From the NCBI GenBank assembly GCA_965222375.1, contig CBDCTZ010000015.1, positions 736,001 to 800,000 of the forward strand: a DNA stretch of 64,000 nucleotides, read 5' to 3'. Both the position numbers and the translations under genes were made by a program. Below are positions 1 through 9,782 of the stretch, one piece after another. How positions within the stretch are numbered: the first letter of the stretch is position 1; each line of letters starts with the position of its first letter. Under the pieces are notes generated by a model. The model made no database searches. It had not been told where the DNA came from and saw nothing but the letters and a program-made list of their open reading frames with translations. The DNA comes from Polyangiaceae bacterium. GTDB taxonomy: Bacteria > Myxococcota_A > Polyangia > Polyangiales > Polyangiaceae.

Positions 1-159
1 GGCACCTGCCGCCCCGCGCTCGGCGACGGGAAGCTTGGATCGCAGTGTTGGGGTGACAAGCAGTGCGAGGCAGGCACGTGCATGGGCGTTGCGCCGTGCG
101 GTTGCGGTCAAGTCTGCGTCACAGACTCACCAAATCAGCCGTCATTCCACCCTGAATGA
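1..159 (+). CDS. 3' end of a Cys-rich protein entering from the left edge; terminates inside the dispersed repeat
   Basis: Frame 1 reads GTCRPALGDGKLGSQCWGDKQCEAGTCMGVAPCGCGQVCVTDS, then PNQPSFHPE* supplied by the repeat (TGA 157-159). Confidence 0.6.
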   Translation, partial: GTCRPALGDGKLGSQCWGDKQCEAGTCMGVAPCGCGQVCVTDSPNQPSFHPE

Positions 160-287
160 AATAACTTGTTCGTGGATCCAGATCAGCCGTCATTCCACCC
201 TGAATGAAATAACTTGTTCGTGGATCGGAGGTTACGCGAACTTTCCACGCCGTGTTTCGGCGCGAACGCTTTGGTCCGCCTAGACTC
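131..287 (+). repeat. Dispersed ~110-bp element, copy 1, with a tandem duplication of its first ~45 bp
   Basis: atcagccgtcattccaccctgaatgaaataacttgttcgtggatc at 134-178 and 182-226, continuing to cctagactc at 287; matches the copies at 8820, 28631 and 30582. Confidence 0.95.
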
Positions 288-412
288 ATTAGGCGCCGCA
301 ACCTCATTGGGACAATCAGCCTGTAGGGAAAGGCCAACAGGATAGATTCGCCAACTATCGGTTCGAAGGCGTGCCACACTCGCTGATGCGGCGGATAGCG
401 TGATCGCGACGC

Positions 413-428
413 CGGCACACGACTTGCT
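413..428 (+). promoter_or_regulatory. Sigma54-type -24/-12 promoter motif
   Basis: CGGCAC-acgac-TTGCT (GG-N10-GC) just upstream of ATG 444; the same motif lies upstream of the paralogs at 4375 and 5894. Confidence 0.65.
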
Positions 429-443
429 ACACTAGTTGGAACT

Positions 444-1859
444 ATGGTTTTTCGAAGTGCTCGGTTGTTCGGTTGCCTCCTACTCACTCTCTGCAGCGCA
501 TGCTCCTCCGACGACGGTGGTGACAAGCCGAACCCGGGGTCAACAGCCGACGCCGGAGATTCCGGAGCGGATGCCACGGCCCCGGATGACGCAGCCGCCG
601 ATTCGGCGGTAGCCGACGCGGCGGGTGACACCGGCACCGGTACAACCTGCAAGGGTGTCACCTGTGGCCATTTCGGCAAATGCGTTGAAGTCGGCAGCGC
701 CGCGACCTGCGAGTGCGACCCGGGGTTTCATGAGGAGAAGCTGCACTGCGTGTTGGATCCTTGCACGGGCTCCAAATGTCCGCGCACAGTGAAGGAGTGG
801 CAGGCGCTCTATGACGCTGAGTGGACCAAGTCGCTGCCCTTCTACACGTCAACGTCGTCGGGACCGGAGACCGCGGGGCAACGGCGCTATTATGACTTTC
901 GGGTCATCGATCCATCGCTCACGATGTTTCAGGTAACCGGTGATACCAAGTACCTTGACAGTCTCATCTGGTACGTTGATCGAGTTAAGTCAGAGGCCGT
1001 CAAATCGCCGACCGGTGACGGTTACTTCGACTGGCCGGTTCCCTTTAAGGGCAAACCTACCAATTTCCAACTCTACGATGGTCATGGCATGCGCAATCTC
1101 TTCAAGTTCCTTTGGGTACTGAAGAAGTACCCAAAGGTCCGCGCGCAGTCCAACTTCCAAGCTAAGTACGACGAATACCTCGCATGGTTTACGAAGAACC
1201 TGTGGGACAAGTGGGAATCACGGGGATGCACGAGCATCCTCCGAAGCAACTCCTGGATGTCCTCCCATATGAGCTCCAACATGGCTCTGTACCTCCACCT
1301 GCTGGAGGATGACGCCGCCAAGAAGGCGGAGTATTGGTCCTGGGTGCACGCCTGGAACGACGACACTAAGGGCAAATGCAATTCGCCAAGTTTGGAGCCT
1401 AAACTTGGGTTTCGGCAAAAAATCCGCGTCCACGCACCTCATGGCGGCTACGTGTGGCAAGGCGACTGGAATACGCCGACGGGCTTTGGGGATATTGGCC
1501 ACACCAACGCCGGCGTTCAATCCGTTATCAACCAATACCTCCAGGGCAAGGGCGCTTGGACGGCCGCAGATATCGCAAAGTTCACCAAAACCTTGAATGC
1601 ACTCTTGGACGCCAGCCCCGACGCCGACTACGCTAATCTTCCCTACGCGCTGGATGCGGTTTACAACTCCACCGATGATAACCGCCCCTTCATTACCTAC
1701 GGCTGGTCGATGTTGGGCAGGTTCAATCCGAAGCTAAACGCCCGGCTGAATGGCATGTCCACGGTGCAATTCAAGTCAAGCCGCTACTACAACGATTGGA
1801 TTAGCATCATGGCTTACAATACGGCCTTCCTCGCCGGGACGCTGGCCTACCCGGAGTAG
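444..1859 (+). CDS. Lipoprotein: D/A-rich linker, EGF-like domain, uncharacterised alpha-helical (possibly alpha/alpha-toroid) domain; paralog 1
   Basis: Lipobox CSAC; CxxxxCGxFGKC..CxCDPGF module; TGDTKYLD, LWDKWES and MSSH motifs shared with three downstream paralogs. Confidence 0.85.
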   Translation: MVFRSARLFGCLLLTLCSACSSDDGGDKPNPGSTADAGDSGADATAPDDAAADSAVADAAGDTGTGTTCKGVTCGHFGKCVEVGSAATCECDPGFHEEKLHCVLDPCTGSKCPRTVKEWQALYDAEWTKSLPFYTSTSSGPETAGQRRYYDFRVIDPSLTMFQVTGDTKYLDSLIWYVDRVKSEAVKSPTGDGYFDWPVPFKGKPTNFQLYDGHGMRNLFKFLWVLKKYPKVRAQSNFQAKYDEYLAWFTKNLWDKWESRGCTSILRSNSWMSSHMSSNMALYLHLLEDDAAKKAEYWSWVHAWNDDTKGKCNSPSLEPKLGFRQKIRVHAPHGGYVWQGDWNTPTGFGDIGHTNAGVQSVINQYLQGKGAWTAADIAKFTKTLNALLDASPDADYANLPYALDAVYNSTDDNRPFITYGWSMLGRFNPKLNARLNGMSTVQFKSSRYYNDWISIMAYNTAFLAGTLAYPE

Positions 1860-1957
1860 GGAGTCCAGCCTTCGGTTGACGGTGCTCGGAGCAGGCGTTA
1901 CGTGGCCAAACCGCCCAAGGCGGTTGAGCTTCTAATGTCGCGCCACCGAGCGAGCCC

Positions 1958-2860
1958 GTGAGCCAAGATACCATCATCGTTTTCGCGATCCTGGCCGTCA
2001 CGGTCGCGCTCTTCGTCAGCGACCGCGTGCGGCTCGACGCCGTGGCGTTGATGTCGCTGTTGGCGCTCCTGCTCAGTGGCGTGCTCAGTCCCAAGGAGGG
2101 CCTTGAGGGCTTCTCGAATCCGATCGTGCTGATGATCGCCGGCCTGTTCGTTGTGGGCGGCGCGCTCAGCGCCACCGGTGTGGCCGATTGGTTGGGAGCC
2201 AAGCTAGGCGTGCTGGCTGGAACCAACGAGGCGCGCATGATCGTGGTTATCATGGTCGCGACGGCACTGATCTCGGCGTTCATGAGCTCGACGGGAACCG
2301 TCGCTGTGCTTCTGCCCGTGGTTGGTACCTTGGCTTACCGCGCACGGGTCAGCCCCTCTCGGTTGCTGATGCCGATGGCCTTTGCCTCGCTCTTGGGTGG
2401 TATGCTGACGTTGATTGGCACGCCGCCCAACGTTGTCGTGACCGATCAACTTCGCAGTCAAGGCGCGGAGCCCTTTCGCTTCTTCACGTTCACGCCGCCT
2501 GGGTTGATCCTGCTCGGCGTTGGCGTCGTTTTCATGGCTACCATCGGACGCCGGATGCTGCCGGGTGAGAGCAAAGCCGGCGACAGCGAAGACTCCGCCC
2601 CCGAAAGCGCCGTCATGCGGGACATTGTTCGGGAATACGCTCTGGGCGATCAGTTGCATCAGCTCGGGGTGCCAGCGGGATCCCCGGCGATCGGCAAGAC
2701 CCTGCGTGAATTGAATCTGCGATCGAAGTTGGAGTTAACCGTTGTTAGCATTCGGCGCCCGGGTGACGATAGGCCTTTCTCGGTGCCGGTGTTGCCGACA
2801 GTAGCGCTACGTAGCGGGGATGTGCTGATGGCGTCGGTGTGGGAGGCTACTTGCTCTTGA
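1958..2860 (+). pseudogene. SLC13/CitMHS-family permease with TrkA-C domain, C-terminally truncated
   Basis: GFSNP, SAFMSSTG and LGGMLTLIGTPPN motifs; one TrkA-C-like unit, then a stop at 300 aa; the second membrane half usual in this family is missing. Confidence 0.75.
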
Positions 2861-3048
2861 CTAGTGGCTCATCATCGACCAAGACCGCGAGGCGGCGAAT
2901 CATGACGCCCCGGAGCGGAACAAGCTGGCGGCGCGGCAAGGTCTTCAGTCCGCAATTCTAGGAGGCAGCTAGGGTTTGGACGGAGAACTGACGTCAGAAT
3001 CCGGAAGACGCTGCGGCGCCATGAGCTTCTTGGTATAGTTTTTGTTCT

Positions 3049-4260
3049 GTGCTTAGAACCTGGTTTGCAATCTGCAGTGCTGTCGTCGTCTTGAGCGGCG
3101 GTTGCCTGACCGAGTTTCCTGACGCAAAGAAGTCGAGTCCGTGTGAAGAGCTGGCCTGCGGCGCGGACAGCAGCTGCATCGAGTTCGCCGGCAAGGTGAG
3201 CTGCAGATGCAAGGGTAATGAGATCGAGTGCCTGCGCCCCGTACCGGAATGGCAGGCGCTGTTCGACGCCGAGTGGAACAAACGAGACGAGAACGACTGT
3301 CTAACCAGAGCCAAATCAAAGGGAACGGCGCAGGAGTATCACAATCTAGCTTTTTGTATCGACGGCCTCACTTCGATGTGGCGGGCCAGTGGCGAGGACC
3401 AATACCTTGATACCGCGTTGCAGTTGATCCAGTTCACCGTAGACGATGCTGAACTGGGCAGCGACGGTTTCCGTCGCTGGAAGGTGGCCAAGGACCCGAC
3501 GAGCGGCGGCATTCCTGTCACAGAGAGCCAATATTTTCGAATGGTAACAACGCTCCTACGGGTCATGTTCGAAAGTCCGGATGTGCGCGCCAAAAAGAAC
3601 TACGAAAAGCGCTACGCGGAGCTGCTCGAGTTTGCGGAGCGCCACATCTGGGACAAATGGGAGACGGATGGCTTGGGGAACCTATACCGATCGCGCACGC
3701 ATATGGCGAGCCATTGGGCGCGTATCGCCGTGGAGCTCTACCGCATTACTAATAAAGCCAAGTATCTAACGGTGTTCGAGAACATCTCCTACAAGACGAT
3801 GGTGGGATGGCCGTCCAATCTGCGCCAGCAGTTCTACGTCAACCCGAAGCTACCGGGAGCCTACACCTGGGCTCAAGTGTGGGGTGTCCTCGCCCCAACA
3901 GGGGACGAAGTGCAAGGCAGCTTCCTCGGAGGCACCGTGGTGTCTTTCGTGGAACTCTCGGCTGCGGGGAACAACTACTGGACTCAAGCGGATGTGAACG
4001 CGCTCAGCCTAACCTTAACAAGCGCCGTTTGGCCTCCAAAGCTCAACGGCGAGCATCATGCAAGAGTCAACGGAACCGAGAGAGTCGATTCGCCGGGCCA
4101 GCTCCACGAGTGGATGGTACTGGGGCGCCACAACGCCGCTCTTCAGAAACGCATCGAAACCGACTACGTGGGCGCGAATCTAAAGTCCTTGGGCACGCAG
4201 GCTCTCGGCATTGCCGCCCTCAACGCGAAAATACTTATCGATGGCAAACCGGTGCACTAG
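3049..4260 (+). CDS. Lipoprotein, EGF-like plus alpha-helical domain; paralog 2
   Basis: Lipobox SGGC; CIDGL, IWDKWE, YRSRTHMASHWAR and ALGIAALNAKILIDGK shared with paralogs 3 and 4. Confidence 0.85.
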   Translation: MLRTWFAICSAVVVLSGGCLTEFPDAKKSSPCEELACGADSSCIEFAGKVSCRCKGNEIECLRPVPEWQALFDAEWNKRDENDCLTRAKSKGTAQEYHNLAFCIDGLTSMWRASGEDQYLDTALQLIQFTVDDAELGSDGFRRWKVAKDPTSGGIPVTESQYFRMVTTLLRVMFESPDVRAKKNYEKRYAELLEFAERHIWDKWETDGLGNLYRSRTHMASHWARIAVELYRITNKAKYLTVFENISYKTMVGWPSNLRQQFYVNPKLPGAYTWAQVWGVLAPTGDEVQGSFLGGTVVSFVELSAAGNNYWTQADVNALSLTLTSAVWPPKLNGEHHARVNGTERVDSPGQLHEWMVLGRHNAALQKRIETDYVGANLKSLGTQALGIAALNAKILIDGKPVH

Positions 4261-4345
4261 ATGACTGTTGGGAAGAGCCAACAGGGAAAGCCCAACGAAA
4301 TGCCGTCGACGGCGCAACGAGCACCCCAAAACGCACTATATGGGG

Positions 4346-4361
4346 CGGCATAGAGATTGCT
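4346..4361 (+). promoter_or_regulatory. Sigma54-type -24/-12 promoter motif
   Basis: CGGCAT-agaga-TTGCT upstream of in-frame ATG 4375. Confidence 0.65.
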
Positions 4362-4374
4362 ACGCCTAAGAGTC

Positions 4375-5778
4375 ATGAGTTCTTCGCTTCGACAACCTCG
4401 ACTCAAACGCACGACGCTACGCCACAACACCACGTTGGTCGCCGCTATGGCACTAGCGTTCTTTTCAGGCTGCGGTTCCGGCGACAACCCCGCCGAGCCC
4501 AAGACAAGCGTTGACGCTGGAAGCGATTCTCCGATCACGACGGACGCAGCTGATGATGCCGCTGCGGATGCGACGACGGACGGCGCGGCCACCGACACCT
4601 GCGTGAACGTGGACTGTGGCAGCTTCGGCAAATGCGTGGACAGCGCCGGAACCGCCAACTGTAACTGTGACCCCGGTTACCATGCCGATGGGCTCACGTG
4701 CATAGCAGATCCCTGCGTCGGCGCTGCCTGTCCGCGATCTGTTGCCGAATGGCGAAAACTGTATGACGCCGAGTGGAGCGTCAGGGACAAGGCAGAGTGT
4801 TTGAAGCGAGCCAAATCCGGCGGCTTCAACCAGGAGCACTATTTCCTCGGATACTGTATCGACGGGCTAATTTCGATCTGGCGCGCCACCGGTGACAACA
4901 GCTATCTGGACACGGCGCTGGAGTACATCCAACACACCCTGGACGACGCCAAGCTGGGCTCCGACGGCTACCGCCACTGGGATACGTACATCGATCCAAA
5001 GGGCGTTCCGCTCTGGGAGAGCATCTACTGGCGCATGGTGGTGACGCTACTGCGTGTGATGCAAAAGCACCCGAAGCTACTAGCCCAGAAAGACTACGCC
5101 AAGCAGCACGCGACCTTACTCAAGTTTTCAGAGCACGACATCTGGGACAAATGGGAGAGCGATGGCGTTGGCAACTTCTACCGCTCGCGGACCCACATGG
5201 CCAGCCACTGGGCGCGCTTGGGAATGGAGCTCTATCGCCTAACCGGAAAGAAGAAGTACAAGACCGTCTTCGACAATATCTCGTTCGGCAAGATGGTGGG
5301 ACGACCCTCGAATCTCAAGGCGCAGTTCTATCCCAACCCAAAGACTCCAACCGCTTACACGTGGTCACTGAAATGGGGAGCGCCCAAAGGGGAGAGCGTC
5401 CAGGATACGTCCCATGCCAACGTCATCGCTTCCTTCGTGGAGCTAGCCGAGGAAGCTGGCATGGGTTGGAAGCAAAGTGACGTTGACGCGCTGAAGTCGA
5501 CGTTGATGGACGTCATCTGGCCCGCCGCCCTGGGCCAAAACTACTATCGCAACGTCGATGGAACCGGCGGACAGTACGGACCCAAACCCGGAAACAACAT
5601 CGACCTCGTTCACGCGCGAGCGCACGAATGGCTGGTCTTTGGGCGCCGTGACCTCAAGCTGCAAAAGCGCATCGAGGCCGACTACACGGGCAAACATCTC
5701 AAGTGGTTCGGCACCCAAGCCCTGGGTATCGCCGCCCTCAACGCCAAGATTCTGATCGACGGCAAATCAGTCTATTGA
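4375..5778 (+). CDS. Lipoprotein, EGF-like plus alpha-helical domain; paralog 3
   Basis: Lipobox FSGC; highly similar to 5894-7378; start chosen at the ATG after the sigma54 motif. Confidence 0.85.
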   Translation: MSSSLRQPRLKRTTLRHNTTLVAAMALAFFSGCGSGDNPAEPKTSVDAGSDSPITTDAADDAAADATTDGAATDTCVNVDCGSFGKCVDSAGTANCNCDPGYHADGLTCIADPCVGAACPRSVAEWRKLYDAEWSVRDKAECLKRAKSGGFNQEHYFLGYCIDGLISIWRATGDNSYLDTALEYIQHTLDDAKLGSDGYRHWDTYIDPKGVPLWESIYWRMVVTLLRVMQKHPKLLAQKDYAKQHATLLKFSEHDIWDKWESDGVGNFYRSRTHMASHWARLGMELYRLTGKKKYKTVFDNISFGKMVGRPSNLKAQFYPNPKTPTAYTWSLKWGAPKGESVQDTSHANVIASFVELAEEAGMGWKQSDVDALKSTLMDVIWPAALGQNYYRNVDGTGGQYGPKPGNNIDLVHARAHEWLVFGRRDLKLQKRIEADYTGKHLKWFGTQALGIAALNAKILIDGKSVY

Positions 5779-5863
5779 GGACTGTGGGGCAAAGCCAACA
5801 GGGGCCGCACGACGAGGTTGCTATGGGCGTCGCCCGGACGCGGGAAACCCAGTGCGTTGGTGG

Positions 5864-5879
5864 CGGCACAAGACTTGCT
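5864..5879 (+). promoter_or_regulatory. Sigma54-type -24/-12 promoter motif
   Basis: CGGCAC-aagac-TTGCT upstream of in-frame ATG 5894. Confidence 0.65.
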
Positions 5880-5893
5880 GTAACCTGTGGTTC

Positions 5894-7378
5894 ATGAGCA
5901 AGCAATATCACCAGGCCCACAGCCAAGAGGCTTTGCTTCCATGGTCAACTAGCGTCACTGGTCAAGCGTCTCAACACCTGAGACGCGCATTGACAGCCGT
6001 CGCAGTTGTCTCAATGACCTTCGGCTGCGGTTCCGACGACAACCCCGCCGAACCCAAGACCAGTGTCGATGCTGGCACCGATTCCCCGATCACGGCGGAC
6101 GCGGCGGGCGATGCGACGACGGACGCCGCCCCAGATGCCGCCGACGCCGCAGTAACCGACACCTGCAAGGACGTCGACTGTGGCAGCTTTGGCAAATGCG
6201 TAGAAAACGCCGGAGCCGCCAGTTGCAGCTGCGATCCGGGTTACCATGCCGAAGGGCTTACGTGTGTGGCAGATCCCTGCGTCGGCAGCAACTGCCCGCG
6301 ACCTGTGGCCGAGTGGCAAAAGCTGTATGACGCCGAATGGACGGTTCGAGACAAAACCAAATGCCTCAACCTCGCCGAGTCCGGCGACCTTAAGCCACAG
6401 CTCGGCGACTATAAGCCAAAGTACTATTTCCTCGCGTACTGCATTGATGGGTTGGTTTCGATCTGGCGCGCCACCGGCGACAATAGCTACCTCGATACGA
6501 CGCTCGCGTATATCCAGCATACCGTGGACGACAGCAAACTAGACGCCAAGGGTTACCGGCGTTGGAAGTCCATCTACGAGAGCGGAAAGGTCGTCGACGA
6601 AGGTGTTCCCCTCTGGGAAAGCTACTACTGGCGCACGGTCGCGACGCTACTGCGTGTCATGCAAAAGCACCCGAATCTGCTAGCCCAAAAAGACTACGCC
6701 AAACAACACGCAGCTCTGCTCAAATTCTCCGAGCACGACATCTGGGACAAATGGGAGAGCGACGGCCTCAACAATCTGTATCGGTCTCGTACCCATATGG
6801 CGAGCCACTGGGCGCGCCTGGGCATGGAACTCCATCGCCTCACCGGAAAGAAGAAGTACAAGACGGTCTTCGACAACATTTCGTTTGGCGAAATGGTGGG
6901 CCGGCCGTCAAATCTCAAGGCACAGTTTCAAGCAAACCCTAAGACAAAAAGCGCCTACACCTGGTCGTCCCATTGGGGCAAGCCCCCAGAGAACAACGTA
7001 CAGGACACGTCCCACGCCGGAGCCATCATCTCCTTTGTAGAACTGGCAGAGGAAGCCGGCATGTATTGGAAGAAGAGCGATGTGGACGCACTGAAATCGA
7101 CGTTGACGGACGTCGTTTGGCCCGATGCTTTGGGACAAAACTACTACCGCAACGTCGACGGAACCGGCGGGCAGTACGGCCCCAAACCGGGCAACAAAAT
7201 CGATCTGGTTCACGGCCGGGCGCACGAATGGCTGGTTCTTGGGCGCCGCGATCTCAAACTGCAAAAGCGCATCGAAGCCGACTACACTGGCAATCACCTC
7301 AAGTATTTTGGCACCCAGGCTATCGGCATTGCCGCCCTCAACGCGAAGATCCTGATCGACGGCAAGCCGGCGTATTGA
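5894..7378 (+). CDS. Lipoprotein, EGF-like plus alpha-helical domain; paralog 4
   Basis: Lipobox TFGC; long identical stretches with paralog 3. Confidence 0.85.
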   Translation: MSKQYHQAHSQEALLPWSTSVTGQASQHLRRALTAVAVVSMTFGCGSDDNPAEPKTSVDAGTDSPITADAAGDATTDAAPDAADAAVTDTCKDVDCGSFGKCVENAGAASCSCDPGYHAEGLTCVADPCVGSNCPRPVAEWQKLYDAEWTVRDKTKCLNLAESGDLKPQLGDYKPKYYFLAYCIDGLVSIWRATGDNSYLDTTLAYIQHTVDDSKLDAKGYRRWKSIYESGKVVDEGVPLWESYYWRTVATLLRVMQKHPNLLAQKDYAKQHAALLKFSEHDIWDKWESDGLNNLYRSRTHMASHWARLGMELHRLTGKKKYKTVFDNISFGEMVGRPSNLKAQFQANPKTKSAYTWSSHWGKPPENNVQDTSHAGAIISFVELAEEAGMYWKKSDVDALKSTLTDVVWPDALGQNYYRNVDGTGGQYGPKPGNKIDLVHGRAHEWLVLGRRDLKLQKRIEADYTGNHLKYFGTQAIGIAALNAKILIDGKPAY

Positions 7379-7458
7379 GCAGTTAACGGGCTTCTGATAG
7401 CTCTCGTGGGGCTCAGCTGATTCCCTCTTTGGACCAACTCGCAGCGTATGATCAAGGA

Positions 7459-8701
7459 GTGAATGGCCCGCAGAGTGAGCAGCCGGTTCCGGAGCGCATC
7501 GGCCGCTACGACGTTCTGGTGCCGCTGGGCCGCGGTGGTATGGCCACCGTCTATCTCGCCCGCGCCGAAGTCGTGCCCGGCGTCCCGCGTGACTACGCCC
7601 TAAAACTGATGCACGCGCACCTGCGCGGCGATCCGGAATGGGCAACCCACCTCTTACAGGAAGCGAAGATCGCCGCCCGGATCCAACATCTCAACGTAGT
7701 ATCGGTAGTGGAGGCCGGGGATGATCCCTTAGGTCTTTTCTTGGTTCTCGACTACATTGAGGGCGATACCCTTTCCGGCCTGAGCCGCACGCTGAACAAA
7801 CAGAACCGGCGGCTACCGCTACCGATCAACGGTAGGATCCTTCTCGACGCGATAACCGGTTTGCACGCCGCACACGAGCTGCGTGACGACGTTGGAAAGC
7901 CGGTCAATCTGGTACACCGGGACTTTTCGCCGCAAAACATCTTGGTCGGTGTTGACGGCATTGGGCGCCTGACAGACTTCGGCATTGCCAAGGCGCAAGG
8001 CACGCAAGTTACGGCAACCGGGGTTCTCAAGGGCAAGATCAGCTACATGTCACCGGAGCAAGCTCGTGGTCGAAGCGTCGACCGCCGCTCGGACGTGTGG
8101 GCTGCCGGGGTGATCGCGTGGGAGCTGCTTGCCAACCGCCGTCTCTACCCCAAACAGAGCGAGACCGAAACGCTGCTGGCCATTGTGCAAAACACTCCGC
8201 CGCCGCTGCGCGAAGTAAGAGCAGACATCTCGCCAGAGCTGGAAGCTATTGTCGCGGAAGCCTTGCAACCGGACGCTGACGAACGAATAGCCGACGTGCT
8301 TTCCTTTGGCCAAAGGCTTGAGTCCGCGTGGCGCTCTGCCGTAGGGCTAGCCGGTACTTCAGAAGTTGCCAATCTAGTCCGGCAGGCGGTTGAGCCAACA
8401 GCGAAACGACGTCGCGCTCAGATCGCACAGGTGCTGGCCCCGCGAGCCGGCGAAAGCGGCACTGCACCTTTGGCAACGAAATACAACGTCACCAGCGAAT
8501 CCGTGTCGGGCGGAGCGTGAAGTCGAATTCGAGCTGGAAGCCACAAGCGTAGGCGGCAATACCGCCACCGCCCACATCAAGCGGAACCAAGGCACGGTAA
8601 CACTGAAGTTCGGCGTTGCGCGACGCTACTGGCCACGACCGACGAAGAAGAAGCCCACCGAGGAACTCGCGCCCACGCCCTTCAAACGTAGTCCGAAATA
8701 A
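7459..8701 (+). pseudogene. Ser/Thr protein kinase with intact catalytic domain (ORF ends 8520); C-terminal tail out of frame to 8701
   Basis: GRGGMATV, ALK, HRDFSPQN, DFG and YMSPE motifs; no TM helix; another frame continues AEREVEFELEAT...EELAPTPFKRSPK*. Confidence 0.65.
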
Positions 8702-8819
8702 CCCGCTAGCGAAGGCCGTGCCGACGCAGCAACGAGAGCAGATACGCGCGATCCATTTCCGCCTTCTCGACCCCGCCTGACCCAGCTCAGCCAGCGCCAA
8801 GCTCCGCTTTGGTTTCGCT

Positions 8820-8929
8820 CAAATCAGCCGTCATTCCACCCTGAATGAAACAACTTGTTCGTGGATCGGAGGTTACGCGAACTTTCCTCGTGGTGTTTTC
8901 GCGCGAACGCTTTTGGTCCGCCTAGACTC
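8820..8929 (+). repeat. Dispersed ~110-bp element, copy 2
   Basis: caaatcagccgtcattccaccctgaatg...ggtccgcctagactc. Confidence 0.95.
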
Positions 8930-9052
8930 TGCGCTTCGTACGAGGGATGACCCTTGCCGCTGCTGTTTGGGCGGTTGGACTTGGCACTGGGTGTGGAGAG
9001 AAGTTCACCTGTGGCGAGGCGGCGAATTGCGCCACCGGCGGCACGTCAGGCG
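8930..9052 (+). pseudogene. 5' fragment of a lipoprotein gene abutting the repeat
   Basis: RFVRGMTLAAAVWAVGLGTGCGEKFTCGEAANCATGGTSG (signal peptide, lipobox, start of Gly linker), then unrelated sequence. Confidence 0.45.
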
Positions 9053-9248
9053 ACAGTAGGGCCAGCTCACGCTCCCCAGGGGAATCGAACGCGGCAGGCG
9101 GCTTGGCGTCCTCGATGCCGTCGGGCAGGTCCGCTCTAGGCAACTCCGGCATGGCCGGCATGATACCGCGTCGTGATGCAGCAAGAAGTCTGAACTCCAA
9201 GCGCCACCACGCCCCGGGCAGCGGGCGGGGGCTCGGCGGTGCGCGCGC

Positions 9249-9782
9249 TCAGAGGCCCTCTTTGGAGTTGAAGGACCCGCTGAAGTTGACGGGCTTCGCG
9301 GCAGCGTTCCCTTGGTCGCGAGCTGAGAACTCGAACGTCCCCGACACCGAGCTGGTCGTGGAAGAATCGATCGTGAGCGTGCCGGTGATTGACGAATACG
9401 TCGTTCCCAACGTAGCTTGATCGACGATCGAAAGGCCCACGAAGTCCCCGCTGGCTGGCTTGCCGCCCGTGGCGACGAAATCGGCGATGTTGTAGGTGCC
9501 GGTGTTGGGCGCGGCTGTCAGCGAGCTGCCGATCGAGACCAAGCTGGTGTCGCGTTTCGAGAGGAGCTCCATCGCCCACGAGGCGTCCACGCCAGATCGG
9601 GCAACTCCGCAGAGTTCGGTCGTCGCGATGTCATCTCCGGAGATGGTGAGCGTGAACTCGCCAGGACCGCCCGAACAGACGCCGGCACCGCCGCCGCCTC
9701 CGCTGCCTCCCCCAGCGCCAGAGCAAGCGGCGGCGGAGAGCGCTAGGGCGAGAGTCAATATGGATACCTTGGGCTGTGACAT
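9249..9782 (-). CDS. Lipoprotein, Gly linker plus beta-rich domain of unknown function
   Basis: MSQPKVSILTLALALSAAAC lipobox; GTLTIDS...VSGTFEFSA; GAGG upstream of the start. Confidence 0.8.
   Translation of the reverse strand: MSQPKVSILTLALALSAAACSGAGGGSGGGGGAGVCSGGPGEFTLTISGDDIATTELCGVARSGVDASWAMELLSKRDTSLVSIGSSLTAAPNTGTYNIADFVATGGKPASGDFVGLSIVDQATLGTTYSSITGTLTIDSSTTSSVSGTFEFSARDQGNAAAKPVNFSGSFNSKEGL

Noticed and set aside
131..287. Tandem 45-bp repeat as a mini CRISPR array
   Set aside because: Only two units, a 3-bp gap instead of a spacer, no cas genes; it is part of the longer dispersed element
119..377. Short ORFs encoded by the dispersed repeat (e.g. KHGVESSRNLRSTNKLF, PRTSYFIQGGMTADL)
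   Set aside because: Copies differ by a 1-bp indel (ttt vs tttt) and have no consistent start, so they are unlikely to be coding
1861..1870. gagtccagcc as an inverted end of the dispersed element flanking paralog 1
   Set aside because: Only an 8-bp match, plausible by chance
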